The notes beneath the pieces are model-generated. The model did no database searches, had not been told where the DNA came from, and saw only the letters and a program-made list of their open reading frames with translations. Below are positions 37,594-45,900 of a stretch of 61,897 nt of DNA, one piece after another. The stretch lies in the IMG/VR virus record IMGVR_UViG_3300034236_000005, positions 1 to 61,897 of that record; one strand, written 5' to 3'. A program made the position numbers and the translations under genes. Each line of letters opens with the position of its first letter. The stretch's first letter is position 1. Source of the DNA: a virus. Its lineage: Duplodnaviria > Caudoviricetes.

Positions 37594-37622
37594 TTGCGCA
37601 TCCTGTTAATTTGAAATATGAT
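37594..37622 (+). promoter_or_regulatory. Rightward sigma70 promoter TTGCGC-17-TATGAT
   Basis: Upstream of the recombination operon. Confidence 0.65.
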
Positions 37623-37657
37623 CTTAACCGTTGCTAACAAAAACACAAGGGGATGAC

Positions 37658-37867
37658 ATGGTATCGACGGGTAAGGCGGCGACAAAACCACTGCCACTGA
37701 TGCGGCGCGTTTGTATCTGGTGGAAGATGGGCCGCTTGCGGTATCTGCGCTCCGAATCGCTGCAGGAATGGGCGGAATTGGACCGCACCCAGGCTAGGAT
37801 CGATGCACTTGATAAGGCCATCCAGGCGGCGGCAAATGAAATTGCATTGTTGCGTCTGGCGAAGTAA
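37658..37867 (+). CDS. Hypothetical protein
   Basis: 69 aa; AGGGGA RBS. Confidence 0.55.
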   Translation: MVSTGKAATKPLPLMRRVCIWWKMGRLRYLRSESLQEWAELDRTQARIDALDKAIQAAANEIALLRLAK

Positions 37868-37900
37868 AACGGTAGTTCCACCAACTTAGGAGTTCATACA

Positions 37901-38941
37901 ATGGGTAACAACGAAATTATGGTCGCGCACAAGCCTGCCGACCTGGTTGGCTTTTTTGAGCGATCGAAAAAGCAGCTGGCCATGGCGCTGCCGGCGCACA
38001 TCGGCGTCGACCGCCTGATCCGGCTGGCCGCGACCGCGTGGAGCCGCAGCGCGGATCTGCAGAAGTGCGACCTGATTAGCCTGTTCGGTTCGACGCTGAC
38101 GGCGGCGCAGCTGGGGCTGGAAATCGGCGTCGGCGGGCAGGGCTACCTGATCCCATACTTCAACAACAAAAAGCGCCACCACGAAGCGCAGTTTGTGCCG
38201 GGCTGGAAAGGCTTGGTTGATCTGGTGGCGCGCGCTGGCCGTGCCGTCGTCTGGACCGGCGCCGTGTATGCCGGCGATCATTTCGATTGGGAGTTGGGCG
38301 CGAACCCGCGTTGCGTCCACAAGCCGAACAGCGATTCGGACGATTGGGAAGACCTAGAATACGTGTACGCCATCGGCAAAATCACCGGCACCGACATGCC
38401 AGTGATCGAGGTTTGGTCCAAAGACCGCATCATCCGGCACCTGAACAAGTTCAACAAGGTAGGCGGCAACCATTACGCGCTGAAAGACGACTACCGCAAT
38501 TTCGAAATGTACGCGCGCAAGGTGCCGCTGCTGCAGGTTCTCAAGTACATGCCGCAATCGGTGGAGATCCAGAAGGCGATCGCCGCCGCCGAAGCTGCCG
38601 ACGCGGGCGAGAAATTCACCATCGACGGCGATTTCGTGGTGGTCGACCATGGTGACATTCCGGATTTTGGCGACATGCCGGCAGCGGATCCGGCTGCTGG
38701 CGAGTGGGCGCCCGCCGACCATGGCGTGCGCGCCAAGTCGCAGCGCCAGGATCCAGCGCCGGCAGCTGATGAGGATTCGGGCGAGTTGGCCAGCAAAGAG
38801 GCGATTGCCACGCTGCGCAAAAAGATTGATGCGGCGGGCCTTGGCGAAAACGCGATCGAATCGAAATTCGACGTCGATCTGGACCTGCTGACCGAAAGCA
38901 AGTGCGCGCACATCCTGGCATGGGTGAAGGAACAGATCTGA
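37901..38941 (+). CDS. recT: RecT-family single-strand annealing protein
   Basis: AAQLGLE...GQGYLIPY...AQFVPGWKGLVDLVARAG...EMYARKVPLLQVLKYMPQSVE. Confidence 0.88.
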   Translation: MGNNEIMVAHKPADLVGFFERSKKQLAMALPAHIGVDRLIRLAATAWSRSADLQKCDLISLFGSTLTAAQLGLEIGVGGQGYLIPYFNNKKRHHEAQFVPGWKGLVDLVARAGRAVVWTGAVYAGDHFDWELGANPRCVHKPNSDSDDWEDLEYVYAIGKITGTDMPVIEVWSKDRIIRHLNKFNKVGGNHYALKDDYRNFEMYARKVPLLQVLKYMPQSVEIQKAIAAAEAADAGEKFTIDGDFVVVDHGDIPDFGDMPAADPAAGEWAPADHGVRAKSQRQDPAPAADEDSGELASKEAIATLRKKIDAAGLGENAIESKFDVDLDLLTESKCAHILAWVKEQI

Positions 38942-39528
38942 TGGATGGCTTGACCTTCAACCCCAAGAGCCACGAGTACCGTTACAACGGCGTCGTGGTC
39001 CCGAGTGTCACGCAGATTCTGCAGCCGCTGATGGATTTCTCAATGGTCAAGCCGCACATCCTGGAAGCGGCCAGCGCCCGCGGCACGGCGGTCCACAAGA
39101 TGACGGAACTGTACGACGCGAACGATCTGGACGAATCCATGCTGACCGAAGAAATGCGGCTGTACCTGCTGGCGTACAAGCGTTTTCTGGATGACTGCGC
39201 GTTCAAGCCGGTGCTGCGCGAACAACGCCTGTATCACACGATGGGATTCAGTGGTACGCCGGATCTCGGCGGGCTGGTGCGCGGGCGCATGGCGGTGATC
39301 GACATCAAAAGCATGTTCAACCCGGGATCGCCTGTCATCGGCGTGCAGCTGGCGGCCTACAAGGAACTGATCAACGCCAGCGGTGGCGCGATCGTCGATC
39401 GCTTCGCGTTGCATCTGCGCCGCGATGGCACATACCGGCTGCACCCGTACACCGACATCGCCGATATCGCCGTCTTCATTTCGCTGTTCACCATTAAAAA
39501 ATTCAAGGACCATCATGGAATTGCATAA
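38941..39528 (+). CDS. PD-(D/E)XK exonuclease (RecT partner)
   Basis: PSVTQIL, RGTAVH, GTPDL, VIDIKS, QLAAY. Confidence 0.82.
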   Translation: MDGLTFNPKSHEYRYNGVVVPSVTQILQPLMDFSMVKPHILEAASARGTAVHKMTELYDANDLDESMLTEEMRLYLLAYKRFLDDCAFKPVLREQRLYHTMGFSGTPDLGGLVRGRMAVIDIKSMFNPGSPVIGVQLAAYKELINASGGAIVDRFALHLRRDGTYRLHPYTDIADIAVFISLFTIKKFKDHHGIA

Positions 39529-40417
39529 CCACGAGGCGGAAACTGTCGCCCTCCCAGCCGGCTGCCCGCCGGCGGCCATGCTCGAGCGCGTGGCCAACTA
39601 TGTCGAAAAGTCGGTGGCCGCGATCACCATCACGTCGCCAACGATGTATTCCGCCGCCGCGATCGAATTGCAGGAGTTGCAGGGCAAGCTGGATAAGCTG
39701 GTCGACCAGCGCATGACGATCACGCGCCCGCTCGATGCAGCCAAGCAGGCAGCGATGAACCTGTTTCGCTCACCGGTCGAGCGCTGCACCACGGCTATCG
39801 CTGCGCTCAAGTCGTCCATGCTCACCTATCAGCAGCAGGAGAGTCAGCGCCAGATCGCAGCGCAGCGCGCGGTCCAGGAAGCGCACCGGTTGGAACAGGT
39901 GCGGGTCCAGCAGAAGGTGCTGGCCGAGCATGAGGAACAGCGCCGGCGCGAGCGCGAATTGACCGATGCGCGCCAGAAGCAGATCGATGCCGAGCGCGCC
40001 GCGCTGGCTGCCGCCGCCGCCGGCGACAAGGCTGCCGAAGAAGAAGCCGCCTCCGCCGCGCTGGCGCAGCAGCAGGAGCAGGCCCGTATCGCATCCGAAG
40101 CGCAGGCCGCCGATGCCGCAGCCCAGGTAACGCAGCAGCTGGCCATGGTGATGACGGCACCGGTGGTCGAATCGAACGTGCCCAAGGTGAAAGGCATTTC
40201 GACGTCGGCAGTGTGGACGGCGGAACTGGTCAGCGATAGCGACGAAACCAAGCTGCAGCTGCTGCGCTTCGTGCTGGAAAACCCGCAGTATGTCGGCTTT
40301 ATCGACATCAACATGAAGCCGATCATTCAGCAGGCCAAGTCCCTGCAGGCCAAGTGCCAGATCCCCGGCATCCGTGCGTTTCCGCAGGAACGCCTGTCGT
40401 CGCGCCGGCGGACATGA
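39515..40417 (+). CDS. Coiled-coil protein
   Basis: 300 aa, Ala/Gln/Glu-rich; C-terminal IPGIRAF. Confidence 0.7.
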   Translation: MELHNHEAETVALPAGCPPAAMLERVANYVEKSVAAITITSPTMYSAAAIELQELQGKLDKLVDQRMTITRPLDAAKQAAMNLFRSPVERCTTAIAALKSSMLTYQQQESQRQIAAQRAVQEAHRLEQVRVQQKVLAEHEEQRRRERELTDARQKQIDAERAALAAAAAGDKAAEEEAASAALAQQQEQARIASEAQAADAAAQVTQQLAMVMTAPVVESNVPKVKGISTSAVWTAELVSDSDETKLQLLRFVLENPQYVGFIDINMKPIIQQAKSLQAKCQIPGIRAFPQERLSSRRRT

Positions 40418-40791
40418 CAGGGCCGACCAAGGAGCAGCGCGCTGCGGCGCGCCGCAAGGATCCCATGGGCGACGACGCAGCAGAAGCGGCGCTGTTGTGG
40501 CTCAACGATAACGCGTCCAGCGCCGGCAAGGCGAAAGCCGATGTCACGTACCTGGAACACTGGCGCAAGGTGGTGCTGAATCGCTTGAAACGCGCAAGCA
40601 CCGAAAAGTCGGATGCGGCACGCGAAGTGGTGGCGCGCTCGCATCCGGATTACGAAGCGGTGCTGGTGGCGCAACACGAAGCGATCGTTGCCTATGAGGC
40701 GATGTACTGGAAACGCATCGCCGCCGAAGCAACCCTGGATGCCTGGCGCACGCGCAACGCGAATGAGCGCGGCGCCGGCAGAATGCAATAA
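40414..40791 (+). CDS. UvsY-like helical recombination-mediator candidate
   Basis: AREVVARSHPDY...LDAWRTRNANER. Confidence 0.55.
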   Translation: MTGPTKEQRAAARRKDPMGDDAAEAALLWLNDNASSAGKAKADVTYLEHWRKVVLNRLKRASTEKSDAAREVVARSHPDYEAVLVAQHEAIVAYEAMYWKRIAAEATLDAWRTRNANERGAGRMQ

Positions 40792-40811
40792 CTTAATTAG
40801 GAATTAACATC

Positions 40812-41216
40812 ATGGTCTTACTAGCCGACACCAAAAACCGATCGCACGCACAATCCGACGCCCTGCTGCGCCGCGACAACCTGTCCCACCCGCTGCACAT
40901 GGTCAAGATTAAGTTACCGCCCTTCCCGCCGATCATGGAAGCTTGGCGCTCGCGCAACTTCCTGGCGTCGGTCTACCAGGAGGAAAACGGCGTCGTGCGC
41001 ATCAGCATCAACCGCACCGCGATCGACCACAAAACCGGCCATTGGGTCGATGGCATTACGTGGGACGAGATCCAGTGCATCAAATCGGAAATGGGGCACG
41101 GCGACAAGTTCGCGGTCGAGATCTACCCTCCGGACAAGGATGTCGTCAACGTGGCCGCGATGCGGCATATCTGGCTGCTCGACCAGGCGCCGGCGTTTGC
41201 GTGGGTTCGGTCATGA
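40812..41216 (+). CDS. Conserved-looking hypothetical protein
   Basis: ITWDEIQCIKSEMG...AVEIYPPDKDVVNVAAMRHIW. Confidence 0.7.
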   Translation: MVLLADTKNRSHAQSDALLRRDNLSHPLHMVKIKLPPFPPIMEAWRSRNFLASVYQEENGVVRISINRTAIDHKTGHWVDGITWDEIQCIKSEMGHGDKFAVEIYPPDKDVVNVAAMRHIWLLDQAPAFAWVRS

Positions 41217-41734
41217 ACCAGGCCAACCCGGTCAATCCGTTCAACAATCCGGACCCGGCGGCGATCCGGCGCGTGATCGCGCCCATCCCGAAGCCTCACA
41301 GCTGCCCGTACTGCCAGTCGCGCGTCGAACTGCTCGGCAACAAAGCGGTGTATGGCCGGGCCTATGGCGACTGGCCATACGTGTACGTTTGCGCAAACCT
41401 GAAGTGCCGGGCATATGTCGGACTACACCCGCGCACCGACATCCCGCTGGGAACACTGGCCAACGCCGAACTGCGCCAGGCACGCAAGACGCTGAAGGGC
41501 ATTTTCAATCGGATCTGGCAGGACAAGCACAAGAACCGCACGGATGCTTACTGGTGGCTGGCGCGCAAGATGGGCATCAAAAACCATGTGCAGGACTGCC
41601 ATATCGCCCTGTTCAATGTCGAGCAGTGCCAGGAAGCGCAGCGCCACTGCACCGAATTTTTAACCGCCCCCAAGGGCAAGTCGTACGTCAACACTACCGG
41701 GAAGGAACTACCCCATGAATCGCACTCAGATTGA
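41213..41734 (+). CDS. DUF3268-like Zn-finger protein
   Basis: CPYC...C..CRAYVGLHP...PLGTLANAELRQAR...CHIALF. Confidence 0.75.
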   Translation: MNQANPVNPFNNPDPAAIRRVIAPIPKPHSCPYCQSRVELLGNKAVYGRAYGDWPYVYVCANLKCRAYVGLHPRTDIPLGTLANAELRQARKTLKGIFNRIWQDKHKNRTDAYWWLARKMGIKNHVQDCHIALFNVEQCQEAQRHCTEFLTAPKGKSYVNTTGKELPHESHSD

Positions 41735-42026
41735 GGCCCTGCCGGATGATCCGCGCGCGCTGAAAATGCAGATCGTCAAGATGTCCGAAACCATCGCCAG
41801 CCTGGAAAAAGCGAAAGCCGAACGCGCCGCCGCCGAAGTGGTGGCCGCCAGCAGCCCGGCGGCCAATTTCGATATGGCCGTGTTCAACGCCAAAGCCAGC
41901 CTGGAAGGGCTGCAGGACGGGTCCGAAGACATCACCGACCCGCTGGTGCGCGGCACCATCCTGCGCGGCGCCATCAAGCTGATTGGCGACCTGTTCGATG
42001 CTTTGAAGGCGGACGGCAAGTCATGA
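41715..42026 (+). CDS. Hypothetical protein
   Basis: 103 aa; AAGGA RBS. Confidence 0.6.
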   Translation: MNRTQIEALPDDPRALKMQIVKMSETIASLEKAKAERAAAEVVAASSPAANFDMAVFNAKASLEGLQDGSEDITDPLVRGTILRGAIKLIGDLFDALKADGKS

Positions 42027-42550
42027 GTCGGCGTTTCGGGCGAAACCAGCGCCGCCGCATGCGGGAGGCGCTGGCCGCCAGCGAAAAGAGCGCCGACCAG
42101 CTGAAGGCGCTGACAGACAGCCTGTCTGCTCGCCTGATCGAAGCTGACGATTTTTCGTTTGTCGTTGGCTCAATCGTTGGTCGGCAAGCGATTATTGCCG
42201 GCGTTCCGGTGACGCTAGATTATCGTTGGGATCGGCAGAAATCCGGCGATCGCATCGCAGCGTACCCTTATCAACCTGCGCTTTTCGATGTCGCATTGCA
42301 GCAGCCGGTCCCGGTCGACGCCGTGCGGTTGGAAATTCTGGATCTGCTCGACGTCAAAGTGGTTCAAGATGTCATGCGCCCCCAGCTGCATGCGCTTGTC
42401 ACTTTGGCCGATAAGACAGTGGGCTATGCGATCAGTCAATCGGCGATCAAGCGCATGACAGACCAGGAAATCACGCGAGTCATCACGCCGCAGATAGTCC
42501 GCCTGCTGGTGCAGAATCTAAAACCTCCCCTGAAGGACATTCAGCCATGA
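42023..42550 (+). CDS. Hypothetical protein
   Basis: MSRRFGRNQRRRMRE...; ATGA overlap. Confidence 0.65.
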   Translation: MSRRFGRNQRRRMREALAASEKSADQLKALTDSLSARLIEADDFSFVVGSIVGRQAIIAGVPVTLDYRWDRQKSGDRIAAYPYQPALFDVALQQPVPVDAVRLEILDLLDVKVVQDVMRPQLHALVTLADKTVGYAISQSAIKRMTDQEITRVITPQIVRLLVQNLKPPLKDIQP

Positions 42551-42816
42551 TCAGCATTCAATCGGCGCGGGAAGCGGTGCTAAAGCAGATCACAGCACTG
42601 CCAGCGCCCGGCACCAAAGCCGCGCAGCTGACCGAACGCGACAAGGTGGCGCTGGCGATCGCCGCCGGCGTGCCCTACAGGATCGAAATCGATGGCACCA
42701 CATGCGGTTCCACCTGGCGCGCGCGGTCGGCTTTATCGATGATGTGGACGGAAAAATCATCGTCGGCGTCGGTCCGCTGTAGAATAGCCACATGGTTGCA
42801 AGTGCATGACTGCTAG
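42547..42816 (+). CDS. Hypothetical protein, possibly frameshifted near 42700
   Basis: An alternative frame MRFHLARAVGFIDDVDGKIIVGVGPL reads as a more natural C-terminus. Confidence 0.45.
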   Translation: MISIQSAREAVLKQITALPAPGTKAAQLTERDKVALAIAAGVPYRIEIDGTTCGSTWRARSALSMMWTEKSSSASVRCRIATWLQVHDC

Positions 42817-42918
42817 GGACTGAACAGCTGGTTAGATCCGGTTAGCTTAACAAGCGGCGCCCCTCACGGCGCGACACCATGCCCCGAATGGATGATCTAG
42901 CAGGAAAACCGGATTACT

Positions 42919-42951
42919 AGGCCCGCTGCCGCAAGGTTCGCGGGCCTTTTT
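42919..42951 (+). terminator. Intrinsic terminator between convergent operons
   Basis: AGGCCCGC...GCGGGCCT followed by TTTT. Confidence 0.8.
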
Positions 42952-42952
42952 A

Positions 42953-45900
42953 TTAATCCTGCTCCGCAAACCGGCCAAGTTCCCGCACATCGCGGTGTTT
43001 CTTGGGAAGGTACAAACCCTGCTCGGCCTCCGCGATCCGCTTGACCCGCATGCGCAGGCTTTGCCCCAGGCTGGCCGGCGAAATGGCGCGCTCCTTGTGC
43101 TTCTCGTTGAACGCCTTGATCGCCAGCATTGCGTCCGCCACGCCTTCGGCGTCCGCCGCCATCTTCGCATGCGCCCATTGCGCCGTCAGCGCGGCCCGGC
43201 GATCGTTCAGCTGGCGTTCGGCGCGGTAGACTGCGCCTTTGCCTTCCATCGCCTCGCGCGATCGGGACGGGGAAAAGCCGATCAACTGGCCGAATTCCTC
43301 GATCGCGCTGGTGTCGTCCAGCACCGGGATCCCGGTCTTGTCCCGCACGCCTTCGCTGGCAAAGCGCAGCGCCTTGATCGGATTGCGCACCGATACCGGC
43401 ATCATTTCCTCGAGCCCGCGCAGATACTTGCCTTCGGCCATGCTGTTCAGCCCCTTGGCTGTCGACATGCCGATGCCGGCCACCGGCCCCAGCGCCGCCG
43501 TCATCCACGATTCTGCCGCGCGCGCGCCTTCCAGCCCCTCCTGCACGTCCGGCAGAATCAGCTTGTCGAGCCCGACGCGCCCGGAAATGTCGAACGGCCC
43601 CAGGCGCGACAGTCCATGCATCATCACTTCCGCCGGCTTCTGGCCAATCAGGTCGGCCATCAGGTTGCGCAGCGCTACCTTGGCATCCCATGGCTCATCA
43701 TCATCACCACCCAGCGCCGACGCCACCGCCAGCAGCGTGCCCACCACCGGCAGGCCCAACACGCCGGCGGCCAGCGCATGCGACACCAGCAGTCCAGACA
43801 GCGTGCGCAGCGCCAGGCGGTCGCCCTTGGCGGCCAGCACCGCGTTGCGCGACAGCGTGTACACCATGTTTTGCGCGTACTGTTTGAACAGCAGCACCAC
43901 CCGGGCGACATTGCCCTGCATGATGCGCGGGCGGTTGCCGGCGCTGTAATCGAAATGGCTGTCGTAGACGTCTTTGACCGCCGATTCGTACGCTGCGGCG
44001 TGATCCAGTCCGGTGCCACGCGCCAGCCGATAGGCGGCCATCAGCGACGCCTGCCGGTTGAATTTCTCCCCATGGTGGAACATCCAGCTGGCCCACTTCA
44101 TCACCGGGCGCAGCTTGGCGTTGGCCTTGTTGTCGTCGCCAGCGGCGATGCCGGCCAGGTCGTGCGCCATGGATACGTCGATCACGCCGGCGTCGACGGC
44201 CTGCTTGTAGGCGGCCAACTCGTCGCCGGTCAGCACCTTCGAAATGTCGTTGCGGTTGCCCGCAGCCTGGCGCGACGCGGCCAGCAGCGCCGCCGACGCC
44301 TTGCCCATGCCGTACTTCGCGGCCAGCATCGGCAGTGTCACCAGCGGCGTCTGCGTCAGGTTGACCGCGGCAGAAGCTGGCGACAGGCCCAGGTAGAAGA
44401 TGAAGCCCAGCGACGTCAGTGTCGACGACACCGGCGAGGAATTCGGGTTCATGTAATTGTCGTGGCGCTTGTTCATCTCGTCGACCACTTGCTGTGCGCG
44501 CACCGAATCGAAATCCGCATTGCCGGCCTGCGCTTCGACGTGATCCTGCATTTCCATCAAATGGTCGCCCAGGCGGTCTGCATAGCGCAGCTTGGCCAGG
44601 TAGCGCGCCCCATGGAACATGTTCTGCGCGAACGCCCGGCGTGCATCCTGGCTGAAACCCGGCGTGCCCTTGCGGTGGATGCCGTGCTTGGCCCAGGACA
44701 GATCCGGCAGGCTGGCCATGTACAGCTGGTTGATGTCGTCGACCAGCTCGGCGCTGCCCTCGTACTGATCCAGCACGCCGAACAGTTCGGTCAGGAACCC
44801 GCGCGATACCGCGTCACGCCCGGCGTTGAACTCCTTCTTCTTCGTCACCTTGCTGACCTTGTGGCCGGACGTGGCCGGGAATTTGACCTGCAGCGCCTTG
44901 CGCAGCGCTTCGGCCTCGTTCATCGTTTCGGCAAAATTGACGGTCACGCGATCGCCGTTGCGGTCGACAACGGAAACCACATAGTCGCCAAAGCGCGCGA
45001 GCGGGAAGTACACGCCCTTGACCTTCTCGTAAAACTGCGCGTCCATCTTCTCGAGCAGCGCTGCCCGGCGCGGCGATTCCGGCAGCGCGCGCGTGATGCG
45101 GTTGCGAATCTCGGTGCGCACCTTGTTCCAGTGCGTCATGTAGGCGTCGCGCGCCTCGTTGTACAGCTGGCGCGCCTCCGGGCTCAGCGCTTTGAAGCGT
45201 CCCGACAGCGTGGCCCACTCGCCGCGGTTGTCGCCCGGCTCGTACGACTTCGATGGATCGATCTGCGCCAGCGTCGAGTCGTGCATCAGGTCGGCCAGCT
45301 GCGTATTGTCGGCCAGCTTGCCCCAGTGATCGGCAATGCCATCGGCTTCGGCGCCGGATTCGTTCTTGTCGGCGTCCATCTGCTGAATCAGTTTGCTGTA
45401 GCGCGTAAGCGTCGATTCCTTGCCCGGCGCTTCCACAAAGTCGGCGGCGTACAGGTCGACCAGCTGGCGCCGGCCAAGCGCGGCCAGGCCCACGTTGCGG
45501 AAGTCCTTGAGCCGGTTGCTGATCGTCTTCGGCAGGTCAGCGACTACCGACTGGATGCTGTTGTCGGCGGCCTGGATGATCGATGCTCGGATGTCGCCAT
45601 TCGCCGGGTCGAACGCCCCATTGTTCGATACGGCGCTCTTGACCTGCTCGGGCTTGAGTGCAATCCACATCCGGATGTCGTCGTTTTCCAGCGTGTCTTC
45701 GCCGACAATCCCGTCGAACCCGGCGGCGGCCAGCGCCGCGCGCACCTTCGGAATGTAGACCAGATCAGGGACGTTGGTGCCGTCATACTCGGAATGGTCG
45801 GAAATCTCCGCCGCCTCAAACGTCCAGCCGGAATCGTCTTCGTTGAAGTTGACGTTCACGCCGGCGCTGCGAGCGATTTCCATCAGCTGAATCGATCCGG

